64,000 nucleotides of DNA from Tubiluchus corallicola (Eukaryota; Animalia; Priapulida), in the NCBI GenBank assembly GCA_030141605.1, contig JAQGDQ010000482.1:1-64000 (forward strand). Direction: 5' to 3'. Position 1 is the first letter of the stretch, and each line of letters opens with the position of its first letter. The notes beneath the pieces are model-generated. The model was not told the origin of the DNA, did no database searches, and worked only from the letters and a program-made list of their open reading frames with translations. Positions 13,588 to 25,706 of the stretch are shown in pieces. A program made the position numbers and the translations under genes.

Positions 13588-14037
13588 GGCTCACTGTCCC
13601 AATGTGTACTAATACGTCACTGGCTCACTATCCCAGTGTGCACTAAATAGCGTCACTGGCTCACTGTCCCAATGTGTACTAATACGTCACTGGCTCACTA
13701 TCCCAGTGTGCACTAAATAGCGTCACTGGCTCACTGTCCCAATGTGTACTAATACGTCACAGGCTCACTATCCCAGTGTGCACTAAATAGCGTCACTGGC
13801 TCACTGTCCCAATGTGTACTAATACGTCACTGGCTCACTATCCCAGTGTGCACTAAATAGCGTCACTGGCTCACTATCCCAGTGTGCACTAAATAGCGTC
13901 ATTGGCTCACTGTCCCAGTGTGCACTAAATAGTGTCACTGGCTCACTGTCCCAGTGTGCACTAAATAGCGTCACTGACGCACTAATTAACACTAAAGAAT
14001 ATATTACCGATCGTATTGACAATATAATGTAATTTAA
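13588..14037 (+). repeat. 36/34-bp alternating minisatellite (70-bp dimer) plus unique tail
   Basis: tggctcactatcccagtgtgcactaaatagcgtcac alternates with tggctcactgtcccaatgtgtactaatacgtcac. Confidence 0.9.
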
Positions 14038-14869
14038 AGTTCTGCTTAGTTTGTGAAGTGTGTGCTACGGATACTGTGATTATTTTTATCAAACTTTATG
14101 CAATGTCATATAAATACGTTTCAACCCGTTAAAATGGCTGCGCCTAACAGTCGTCGCGGGAGTTTAAATTTACACGTTTTATACAGCTTTATTGATAAGT
14201 TCTGCGCGTAATGAGACAGCATGCCTGTAACACAAAATTTCAAAACGAATTTTTTTAGTTTTATTTCGGTAAATGGTTGTTTGGCCTTTAACGTCATACA
14301 ACATGAACAGATGGACAAACAAACACCTGTACAAATGCACTGACGCTTACCCTCTCTAAACATGGCTTCAGCTGACAATGAAAAGTTTTGAAAAAGAATT
14401 AAGAAAATGAGAAATTTAAAAGTTCCTTTGCCAAAACGCGTTGGAAATGCAATCGGTGAACAAAGCTATTAAACAGGGGCGGAACTAGGGGGTGCGAGGG
14501 GGGGCGTCCCCCTGTCAAAATTTGCGCGCCCCTACAAAATCGGACAAATAATTTTTTTTGCAGTGAAAATTGCAGTTCACAAGTAATCATTTTCAATATG
14601 AATTAGAATTAGGTAAGAAAATGTTTGGTAGCTTCAGTGTATTATTTTCTTAAAACTTGTAGTGGTAGATTTTTATCAGAAATTCGTAACACATCACTTG
14701 ATTTCTACATTACTATTGCAATGTTTAGTGTACGTAAGCTGAAAAATGGAAAATCTGTGGCCTTTGATGGGCTTTAATGCAGAGCATTTTGTATATGCAA
14801 AAAATGTCGTCTCTGTACATTTGAGCTTCCTGTTTAATTGCTTGAGAAGTCACCAACATTTCCCAGAAA

Positions 14870-15550
14870 TTGTGTCACATTCTGCATTTGTACCCATAAT
14901 TAGGTCTAAGCAAAAGGATATAACATCCACTGATAGCCACTGCAAGTATGGTTAGCAAAATATTAGAAAAACTATTACTTGCCAAATGTAATGGGCTCTT
15001 TTAAACAACCCATGCACAATTTGCTTTTAAGAAAGCCAACAGAACCGAGCTGGCAGTATTTACGTCTAAAGAAATTGCGAACACTTATATGGATAGCCAC
15101 ACGCCTGTGCATGCATGTTTTAGATGCCAACATGGCATTTGATAATGTTGATTACTATTTGGTATTTAAAAAATTGCAGAAAGGAGCTTTTGTTAACAGC
15201 GTAATAAATTTCTTAGCCACTTGGTATTACAAACAGTTCCTATATGTGAAATGTTGCAATGTCTATTGCGATTTTTTTCAAATTATAAATGGTGTCCGTC
15301 AAGGAGGGGTTCTCTGGCCATTATTGTTCAGTGTTTACACTCATGAGCTGTCTGTAAAGCTGAACGAAGGGTTGCCATCATTATTAACTATTTAATTTAT
15401 GCTGATGACATTGTTTTACTTGCAACTTCTGTTCCCGTACTTCAAGATCTTCATAAAATTGATTTTGAATTTGACAAAAAGCAAATTTCTAAATATCTTG
15501 CCTTTACTCATGAAACACGTTATATCTGGTGAAGTATTCCTTGATAATGT
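14870..15550 (+). mobile_element. Degenerate non-LTR retrotransposon reverse-transcriptase fragment
   Basis: LDANMAFDNVD..NGVRQGGVLWPLLFSVY, then a frameshifted YADDIVLL (tatgctgatgacattgtttta at ~15398). Confidence 0.85.
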
Positions 15551-15552
15551 TG

Positions 15553-15892
15553 TATTGTATTTGTATTTGTATTTATTTGTATTTGCATTTGCATTTGCAT
15601 TTGCATTTGCATTTGCATTTGCATTTGCATTTGCATTTGCATTTGCATTTGCATTTGCATTTGCATTTGCATTTGCATTTGCATTTGCATTTGCATTTGC
15701 ATTTGTATTTGTATGTATTTGTATTGGTGTTTGTATTGGTATTGGTATTGGTATTGGTATTGGTATTGGTATTGGTATTGGTATTGGTATTGGTATTGGT
15801 ATTGGTATTGGTATTGGTATTGGTATTGGTATTGGTATTGGTATTGGTATTCGTATTCGTATTCGTATTCGTATTCGTATTCGTATTTGTAT
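15553..15892. repeat. Compound hexanucleotide microsatellite (TTTGTA)(TTTGCA)n(TTGGTA)n(TTCGTA)n
   Basis: Directly visible. Confidence 0.95.
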
Positions 15893-16047
15893 TTATTCCT
15901 TCAACACAAAAATACAATTACAGAAAAAACTATAAAATCGTAATTATGTAAATCAACGGATTGGCGAATGGAGAAGGTCACCAAGACTAAAAGCTCTTAC
16001 AGGCACAGCAAAATTATTAGTTGCGACTAAATTTGCAAAAGTTCATT

Positions 16048-17246
16048 TGTTGGGAGCTAGTAGATTTTTATGGTGGGGGTGCAACTCTTTACCTCCCAAC
16101 TCATCCACAAATCTGACTACCCTGTCGCGTCATCTTTTATTCACAATAAAAGGGTTGTGCAACATACGTGGGCGGTTGTTGTCCTACAATTTTCCAGAGG
16201 GCAACAAGGCATATGAACCAAAAATTTCAACGACACAGGTATAATTAATATATCTTTAGTGAGGTTGCAATGTCGAAGGGCTCACTTGAAAAACCAGCGG
16301 GTCTAAGGCTTGATGTTACGTTTTACGGGGGGGGGGGGGTTCTACTTAGGCATTATGGTTTTCCATGTTGACCATGACATACATAGATTCCAAACATACT
16401 AACAACAAAATCTTTTATGAAATGGAGGAAAAGATTATGATTAGGTTTACTATTTTTATTTACTTTTTACTCTGTTTAGATAAATCAGAACAGGTAATAT
16501 TATCAATAACAGTTTTGCATAAAAGCAGTTAATAATAACAAAAATGACAAAGTGAAAAGAAAACAAAATGTCTACTTATCAGTTAACCCTTCCCCTGAGA
16601 GGACAAGGACATGGGAGAGGAGTCCGCGGACGTAGCTCACTCCAGTCAGTCACAGCAACACATCAACGACTTCAAGTCTATGGCCATACCAATCAACGGT
16701 GATGACGCCGGCTGCAGCACCAATCAAACATGAACTAAGGAATGGCTCACAAGTCTCTGTGGTTGACTCAGGATACGTCCACAATCCACAACGTCTGGAC
16801 ACTGGTGGCTAGTCACGCCTTTCCATGTAGTTTAGAATAAGACACATCGTAGAGAGTTCCAACATCTCATCAGTGTGAATAAAGCTCCATCCACAACATC
16901 AAAACTGAAGTAGTTTGGTATCACCACTGATAGTCTCTTTATGTTAGATCAGTCAAATAGTAGATGTGCACAAGTTTAGTGCTTCAAACTCTTATATAAT
17001 AAAGTTTAGGATTTTAACCATTTTCGTAAAGTAAAGTTAAAGTTAAGAGTTAAAGCATTTTTGGCTGCTTTTAGATTCAGCAGTTACACTGTACTCTCCT
17101 GGATATCTGTGTCATGCACTTTCCAAGATCATGTTATGCATGGATAGGTTATAGTATATTACGAAAGGAGGGGTGATAGGTAGGAAGCCCTTCCCACACA
17201 CTATACTACAGCAAGATCTAGTTTAGCTATGTGTAAGAACCTTACA
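16048..17246 (-). repeat. 3' LTR
   Basis: tgttgggagc...gaaccttaca, a direct repeat of 23510-24692 with scattered substitutions and small indels. Confidence 0.95.
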
Positions 17247-17266
17247 AAAGACCCCCCTTTGAAGAC
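17247..17266 (-). promoter_or_regulatory. Polypurine tract (PPT)
   Basis: Minus strand tgtcttcAAAGGGGGGtcttt immediately before the 3' LTR. Confidence 0.75.
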
Positions 17267-17721
17267 AATTGTTAGGGATTTTTAAGCCTAAAGTAATAAC
17301 ATTCTTGGACCAAAAGCACAACAATTGGCTAATACGCAAACATAGCTGACTTATCCATCAATATACATAACAAAATAAATCAAGTTAGGTAATAATTCAC
17401 AACATTAGTCAAAAGTATTTCAATACAACGCAAGAGTGATGTCACATTAAAAAAAATAACAATCAGCAATTGCACACTAAATTTGACCAAAATTCTGTCG
17501 TACTGGACATGCAAATATTTGTACACATTGCAAAACAAAATACATGTACATTTATCCAAATAATTACTGTATTAGTAACAAAATCACATTATTCAATAAC
17601 ATGTATACCTTGACTTTAATGTTTTTCACACTAAGGTAATTTGCAAGAAAAAAGGAAATATCTTAGCAAGTAAATGCTTATTCATTGGAGATCAAGCTCT
17701 ACTTAACCTAACAATTCGAAT

Positions 17722-20700
17722 TTAGGCTCTTGAGAAAACATCAGCAAGATTTTCAGAACCTTTCTTGTATTCTATGTCAAAATTATATTCTGAGAGAAGA
17801 AGAGACCATCTACAGATCTTTCTGTTTTTATTTCTCATTTGGTGTAGAAACGTTAGACTTCTTTGATCTGTGCATATTGTAAACTTTCGACCTAACAAGT
17901 AGTAGCGAAGTTTTTCAACTGCATAGATAATAGCAAGCAGTTCTAATTCTACTATAGAGTACCTAGATTCTGCACTTGAGAGTTTGCGGCTTAAGTATGT
18001 AATAGGTTTTTCATTGCCATCATCGTCAACTTGTGTCAGTATGGCACCTAAGCCTTGAAAACTAGCATCTGTTGTTAATTTAAACGGCTTGGAAAAGTTT
18101 GGACTTTTCAGTACTGATTCTGAGTGTAACGAGTTACGTAGTTTTTCAAAACTGTTCTCACACTCTGTTGACCAGTGAATATCATTGGGTTTGTGTTTTT
18201 GTGTCAGTTCAAATAGGGGAGCAGCAATTTTTGCAAAACCAGGGACAAAACGGCGATAAAAGCCAACAAGACCAAGAAATGAGCGGACTTGTTTTTTTGT
18301 CATTGGTCGAGGAAAGTTAGAAATTGCTTCAATTTTTTGTGGTTGTGGTTTGATCTGACTATTGCCAATGATATGACCGAGAAACTTAGTTTCTGTTTGT
18401 GCAAAGTTACATTTCAGTGGTTTTACTGTAAGACCAGCTTCTCTGATTAGTGAAAGAACTTGATGAATATGATCAAGATGTTCTTCCCACGTATTACTCT
18501 TTATTATCACATCATCTATGTAGCCGCGGGCATGTTGAATGATAGGTTCTAGGACTTGGTCCACTAGTCTTTGAGCTGTTGCACTCGAATTACATAAGCC
18601 GAAAGGCATTACGTTAAAGTGCCATTTTCCAAATTCAGTAACGAAAGCTGTAATTGGTTTAGAGCTTTCTTTCATTGGAACTTGCCAATAGTATTTAGTC
18701 ATGTCGAGACTAGTGATGTAGTGAGCACCTTGTAACTCATCTAACATTTCGTCCATTCTTGGAAGAGGATAGTTATCGAAATGTGTAACTTTGTTGACTT
18801 TTCTGAAGTCAATGCAAAAACGAATTGTATTATCTTCCTTAGGAACAATTACTATCGGACTAGCCCAAGGACTATCAGATTTTTCGATGACGCCTAACAT
18901 CTCCATTTCTTTAATTTCTTTGTATATCGCCTCCCGCTGAGTTTGTGCAGAACGATTATATTAGAAGAAATGGGCTTGTCAGTGTTTATCAATATCTCAT
19001 GTTCAATGAGGTTTGTCTTTCCTGGAATATCTGAAAAAACATCCGTGAACTGTTCAAGAGCATTCTTGAGTTCTTTGACTTTTGCTTCATCTAGATGTTC
19101 TGGATATTTTATATCATCAACAGTTTGCTTTTGTTCTACCTTTGTTGGTGGAAAACAACTGTCATCCAGTTTGCCTTCCTGCATTGGTGAATCAGAAGAA
19201 GTATCATCATAGAGTTTTGGGAAATCTGAATAAACCGATAAGAGAGAAGGACTATCTATGGAAGATGCCATCAGCTGAAGGGCAGTCTTCGGTAATATGT
19301 TCTGTGAGAAGAGGATTTCTGTCTCGTCTCTTGAATACCAAGGTTGAATGAGATTAATATGAAAATTCTGTTGTTTCTTCTTTCGACCACCTAAAGCAAT
19401 TTTGTATACGTGGTCTGAGATTTTGTCCACAACCTCATATGGACCTTTCCACTGTTTTTGCATTTTCTTTTTGGACTTAGGAAGAAGAAGTTTAACCAGT
19501 GAGCCTATCTCAAGAGAACGATCTCTAGATTTTCTATCATACCACTCGGCTTGTGCAATCTTTGCTTTCTTGAGTGACTCTCTGACATTGTCAGTGCTGT
19601 CTTCCATTCTATGCAGAATTGTTGCAACATATTCATCAACATCTTGTGGTGATGAAGATTGTTTCAGTCCCCATCTTCTAGATAAAGTAGCCATTGGGCC
19701 ATTGACTGGGTAGCCATAAGCCAATTCAAAAGGACTATAGCCTGTACTCTTCTGTGGCACTTCTCTATATGCAAAGAGTATAAAAGGTAATAGTTCGTCC
19801 CAGTCTGACTCTTTGTGATCGATGGCTAAGTTTCTTAATGGACTGTTTCAGAACATCATTCATTTTCTCTACCAAACCATTTGATTCAGGATGGTATGGA
19901 GTGGAGAATATACCTTTAATATGTATGGCCTCCTCGAGATCCTTGATCAGTGTAGATTTGAACTGTGTTCCTTGATCACAATGGATTTCTTCAGGAATTC
20001 CATGTCTACACATGAAGTGAGTAAGAGCATCCGCTACAGAAGATGCTGTTTGATTCTTCATGGGGTAGCAATCTGGAAAACGGGTTGCTTGGTCAATTAT
20101 TGTAAGAGCATATCTGTTGCCTTGCTTCGTTTTTTGCAGAGGGCCAATAATGTCAATATTCAACCTTGCAAACGGTTTTTCAATAATAGGAAGTGGTTTG
20201 AGTCTAGCTCTATCTGCTTTCATTATACGGCTGGTTTTCTGACATGAAGTGCAAGTTTTAATGTACTTCTTTATGGCAGAATGGACCCCTGGCCAAGTAT
20301 AATAGTCAAGAACACGATGAGTTGTTTTCCGTATCCCAAAATGGGCGGCAGTTCTAGCATCATGTGCAAGCTCAAGAACCTGTAATCTTCTGGTGGAAGG
20401 TACTACTAGTAACTCCAAGAAGGAATTGTCTCGCTTCTTTTTCTTGAGAAGGAATAAGACATTATCTCTGAGAAAGTATCCTGATCCTTGTTTCTTTGCT
20501 TCAGAATACATCAGAAGATGATCAAAAAGATTTCTGAGAGTGGCATCCTCTCTTTGCTCAGCAGCAAGTTTAATCCTGTTGACACTTGCTAAAAGATCTG
20601 TGTCTTGATACTCTGCTGCTAGAGTATTTGGGTTATCTGGAAGTGTATCTGCACTATCAGTCTCCCTGAGACTTTCTTGCTTTTGTTCATCAGTAAGCAT

Positions 20701-20879
20701 CTTTACTGCATCCTTTTGTATTCGTTGCTCAAGGTTTTGTTTGCGTGCTTGAGACCGAGTAGCAACAAGTACATCTGGCGAACAAGAAATGGTATGCTTA
20801 GGATCATTTAGGATCCGCTCCTTAGGATTGGTCCAAGCATCTACCTTTAAGGCATCCTTCAAAGTTTGACAAGAAGTAC
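17722..20879 (-). pseudogene. pol: pol: integrase, then reverse transcriptase and RNase H; two frameshifts
   Basis: IN: AHD..AAHFG..CTSCQ, LNIDIIGPL, DQGTQF, YHPESNGLVE, WKGPYEV. RT: SPWASPIVIVPK, CIDFRKVN, YIDD. RH: TDAS, ELELLAI, NLADVFSR. Frameshifts near 19830 (other frame continues LAIDHKESDWDELLPFILFAYREVPQ) and near 18961. Confidence 0.92.
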
Positions 20880-21248
20880 NNNNNNNNNNNNNNNNNNNNN
20901 NNNNNNNNNNNNNNNNNNNNNNNNNNNNNNNNNNNNNNNNNNNNNNNNNNNNNNNNNNNNNNNNNNNNNNNNNNNNNNNNNNNNNNNNNNNNNNNNNNNN
21001 NNNNNNNNNNNNNNNNNNNNNNNNNNNNNNNNNNNNNNNNNNNNNNNNNNNNNNNNNNNNNNNNNNNNNNNNNNNNNNNNNNNNNNNNNNNNNNNNNNNN
21101 NNNNNNNNNNNNNNNNNNNNNNNNNNNNNNNNNNNNNNNNNNNNNNNNNNNNNNNNNNNNNNNNNNNNNNNNNNNNNNNNNNNNNNNNNNNNNNNNNNNN
21201 NNNNNNNNNNNNNNNNNNNNNNNNNNNNNNNNNNNNNNNNNNNNNNNN

Positions 21249-22877
21249 GTTTTTCAGGCTATAACCGTGGCAGCATTTGGTGTATGTATCTTTACCTAGG
21301 TACTGATCATCTGATACATAACCTGGATGAACAAGGGAACTATCGGCACCCGTGTCTAGAAGACCGATCAAAGGAAATCCATTCACAACAATGGGAAACC
21401 TGTGATCATTTTTCTGATCAAACTTGACAACTGGTATAGCAGACGTTGAGTTGGCTCTTTGCCTTTGATGAGTTTCGCTGAGCAATTGTCGTCTTGCTGC
21501 TTTGTTGTCAATGTATTTGTTTTTCTGTCGATTGCTGTTGTTTCTTGAAACATTGTTGCTATTAGCATTGTTTCTTTTAAAGCAATCTTGGGTTGTGTGG
21601 TTTCTTTTGCCACATGTAAGACATCGTAAGTCTTTATTTCTAGCTGCATCTGATGACTTAACATTTTCACTGTAGCTACGAAAGCTTTGTCTATGTTGTA
21701 GTCTTGGGCTCAGTGGTTTATTATTCGGTACATTGGTAAGAGAACTCGCATATACATCGGCAAGTTCAGCCATATCTGCATATGAAGTGTATGTTTGACA
21801 CTTTAGATACGAAACCATGTCCGAAGGCAGTTTGTTGTACGCATCTTCTAGAAAGAAAATGTCACAAACTTCGTCTATTGTCTTTGGTTGTAATGAATTG
21901 ATCCACAATAGACCATTCTGTTTAATTCTCTTGAAAAATGATTTGTAATTTTCTGAGCGTTTTTTCTGTGTTGCTCTGAAATCATGTCTGAACTGATCCT
22001 TTGAAATTTTGTAGCAGTTCAAGAGATGTTCTTTGACTTTTGTGTAGTCAATAATGTCAGTAGGACTCATCTCTATCAAAAAGTCTGATGCTCTGCCTGT
22101 GAGCACTCTACCTAAATTGGCTGAGTATTCCTCAAACGGGACATTATGGAGTGTCATTATATTCTCAAAGTATGTTAAGAAATGGTGAATCTTGTCTTTT
22201 GATTCATCGTAATGACGCATTTTGACTGTTGTAGGTTGTTTCGTGAAAGGATTAGTTGATGTATGTGACAACACAGGTGTACTACATTTGTTAGACTCTA
22301 AGTTTATTTGTGCCATTTGTAATTCGAAGCGACGTGCTTCTTGTTTATCTTTATCAGCTGATTCCATTTTTCTTTGTTCAAATTCATACTGTATTTGCAG
22401 CATTTGTGAAAGAACTTGTAATTGTTCAGCTGACTGCACTTTTTCAATTGTACTGAGTATTTCTTTTACCCCAAAAGTGGTATCTCTGACTTGATCAAAA
22501 TCAGGGCCACCTTCTGTGGCAATTATTTGTGCTGGAACTTTTGGTCTAACGCTGGGCTTAAGGACCTGTTCCACAGTACTGAGGTTTGTTTGTTTATCAA
22601 CTGGTGCTTCCACTTTATCTGCACCACCTTTATGTAAAGGGTCAAATAAGCGAGTTGGTCGTTTATCACCATCTGTACCTACTAATGTGTCTGATTTTTC
22701 TTGGGCAATCTGCTGAGATAAATCTGGGTGTTTATCGTGTTGGAGTTGAGTCACTAAAATTTCATTAATTAACTCTTGCTTTGCAAGTTGTCCAACTTTA
22801 ATATTTAGAGATTTAGAAATTCTCTTTAACTCAGTGACAGGTTTACTGTTTAATTCTTCATGCGTGAATTCATCCAT
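21249..22877 (-). CDS. gag: gag-protease of the retrotransposon (HeH/Rho-N-like N-terminus, SCAN-like capsid region, CCHC knuckle, aspartic protease)
   Basis: ATG at 22877; ELNSKPVTELKRISKSLNI; FRHDFR..W..FFLEDAYNKLP..AELADVY; CLTCGKRNHTTQDC; LLDTGA; the ORF runs into the assembly gap. Confidence 0.88.
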
Positions 22878-23492
22878 GGTACAATAATGAGCAGGGATTT
22901 GCAATTCCAGTTTAACTGAACAACCAATAAGTCACCTGGCTTCTATAATAAACTTTGTATCAATAAGGTAATGTTAAACGCTTTACTATCGTTCAAGGAC
23001 AGCTAAGAGCAATAAAATTTTGCTCTATAATTACCAGCTACCGGTTTTACATGCAGCCGTTTATAAACGCAAATTTATCTGAATGTGACCAGCTAACGTT
23101 ATCTGGGTCACACCGTCTGAGTGGAAATTTCTTATCAAAACAGCTGACTGAAAAACGCAGACTTATCAGACAGTAATAGCACTGTAAACTAAGACAATTA
23201 ATCAACACATGCATTCAATGGCTCAAATAGAAATAATCCTAACCACAACAACAATCATATCAATGACTCTAGGCAGATAACAATAAATCCAAATTTCAAG
23301 CAAAATTAACAATATTACAATGTAGGGCCAAATTTAACAGCTTAATACTGTATGGCTTCTTTCATTCACCAAAAACAACTTTGATACTTTACTCCAAGGT
23401 TAATAACTTGGTTAGTCTACTTAAGCAAAACTACTAAGCAGAATGAAAAATAAACATTTGCAACTTTGTAAAATGGGTTTGTTATAAAGAAA

Positions 23493-23505
23493 ACCGTTGC
23501 CACCA
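23493..23505 (-). promoter_or_regulatory. Primer-binding site, tRNA-Leu-like
   Basis: TGGTGGCAACGGT, 4 nt inside the 5' LTR; one mismatch to the complement of the tRNA-Leu 3' end (ACCGCUGCCACCA, recalled from memory). Confidence 0.65.
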
Positions 23506-23509
23506 AATA

Positions 23510-24692
23510 TGTTGGGAGCTAGTAGATTTTTATGGTGGGGGTGCAACTCTTTACCTCCCAACTCATCCACAAATCTGACTACCCTGTCGCGTCATCTTTC
23601 ATTCACAATAAAAGGGTTGTGCAACATACGTGGGCGGTTGTTGTCCTACAATTTTCCAGAGGGCAACAAGGCATATGAACCAAAATTCAACGACACAGGT
23701 ATAATTAATATATCTTTAGTGAGGTTGCAATGTCGAAGGGCTCACTTGAAAAACCAGCGGGTCTAAGGCTTGATGTTACGTTTTACGGGGGTCTACTTAG
23801 GCGTTATGGTTTTCCATGTTGACCATGACATACATAGATTCCGAACATACCAACAACAAAATCTTATATGAAATGGAGGAAAAGATTATGATTATGTTTA
23901 CTATTTTTATTCACTTTTTACTCTGTTTAGATAAATCAGAACAGGTTAAATTATCAATAACAGTTTCGCATAAAAGCATAATAACAAAAATGACAAAGTG
24001 GAAAGAAAACAAAATGTCTACTTATCAGTTAACCCTTCCCCTGAGAGGACAAGGACATGGGAGAGGAGTCCGCGGACGTAGCTCACTCCAGTCAGTCACA
24101 GCAACACATCAACGACTTCAAGTCTATGGCCATAACAATCAACGGTGATGACGCCGGCTGCAGCACCAATCAAACATGAACAAAGGAATGGCTCACAAGT
24201 CTCTGTGGTTGACTCAGGATACGTCCACAATCCACAACGTCTGGACACTGGTGGCTAGTCACGCCTTTCCATGTAGTTTAGAATAAGACACATCGCAGAA
24301 AGTTCCAACATCTCATCAGTGTGAATAAAGCTCCATCCACAACATCAAAACTGAAGTAGTTTGGTATCACCACTGATAGTCTCTTTATGTTAGATCAGTC
24401 AAATAGTAGATGTGCACAAGTTTAGTACTTCAAAGACTCTTATAATCAAGTTTAGGATTTTAACCATTTTCGTAAAGTAAAGTTAAAGTTAAGAGTTAAA
24501 GCATTTTTGGCTGCTTTTAGATTCAGCAGTTACACTGTACTCTCCTGGATATCTGTGTCATGCACTTTCCAAGATCATGTTATGCATGGATAGGTTATAG
24601 TATATTACGAAAGGAGGGGTGATAGGTAGGAAGCCCTTCCCACAGACTATACTACAGCAATATCTAGTTTAGCTATGTGTAAGAACCTTACA
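23510..24692 (-). repeat. 5' LTR
   Basis: Direct repeat of 16048-17246 with TG...CA ends. Confidence 0.95.
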
Positions 24693-25433
24693 GTCATTTT
24701 TAGTTTCTTTAGCTCGAATTCGATTCGAACCTAAAGTTATAGATTCGAATAATTCAGCATTTCAGCCACGTACGCTCGTTATCATAAAATTCTTTGAAAC
24801 AGCATACAAATAGCCTATTTAGCTGCATTTGCTGTGCAAAATTTTTGACAAATTAAAAGTGGTTTTACTGCAGAACAAATTCAAACAATATGCATGAGTT
24901 TTGTAAGACCACTGTTTACTAGTGGTTCAAAAACTTTCTCAAAAATCTTTCAAACTCAATTCGAATTCGATTCGGATTTGAAATACTGAAATTCGGTTCG
25001 ATTGAAATTCGTTTTCTGGTAGAGAATGCTCACCTCTAGTAAGGAGAATCAATCACAACAGATTTGTTTGTTTCATCCAATTTCTTGATGACATCAGTTT
25101 TTGCAATAAATTCTCTATTTCTTTCTTTGCACGCTGAGGTTGTTTTCAGAACTGGACACTGTTTGTGTTAGCTTATCATGGTTTCTTCAAAAATTGTTTA
25201 CATAGTAAAAAAATCAATTTTTTGTCATTCTGGAATTTTGCTATCAGAATGCTTTTTTCTCAATGTTGTTGATTACAAGTATTTTTAAATAATATTTGAA
25301 ATTTTGAAAACACTTTGTAAGCACCTAACTGTGTCAGAGTAGGTAGCAATTTAATGTTTGAACGTTGTAGGTTATGTATATATAGCACTACTATATAACA
25401 GACTACTACGTATAACATACTGCTACATTGCAG

Positions 25434-25706
25434 TTAACTGCTGGAAAAGTTGATTTGGCAATTGGTGGCGATCAGGGAGGCTCGGTTCGTAATTCAGCTG
25501 GTTGGGGTGGTATTGTCGGTCTCAAACCTACATTTGGTTTGGTGCCGTACTCAGGAACAGCTAGTGTGCAGTATCGATTGGATCATCTAGGTCCAATGGC
25601 TCGTACTGTCTACGACTGTGCATTGTTGTTAGAAGTTATAGCTGGGTATGATCCACTGGATGACAGAACTCACAAACACGTCGAAATTCCAAGTTATACA
25701 GATATG
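25434..25706 (+). CDS. Internal exon of an amidase-signature family enzyme (91 codons, phase 0-0)
   Basis: ttgcag|TTA...ATG|gtaggt; [60 protein letters not shown], including the catalytic Ser of GGS. Confidence 0.9.

Larger units (their letters stand above)
16048..24692 (-). mobile_element. Full-length Gmr1-like Ty3/Gypsy LTR retrotransposon with integrase before RT; probably inactive
   Basis: Two ~1.2-kb near-identical TG...CA LTRs, a PBS and a PPT; gag-PR-IN-RT-RH on the minus strand; flanks TTCATT / GTCATT; 369-N gap at 20880-21248. Confidence 0.95.

Noticed and set aside
15399-15951. ORFs with (FA)n, (HL)n, (NT)n and (YW)n tracts
   Set aside because: Artefacts of hexanucleotide microsatellites.
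16047-16710. Short ORFs within the LTRs (also 23497-24148)
   Set aside because: The frames differ between the two LTR copies through indels, so they are not maintained as coding.
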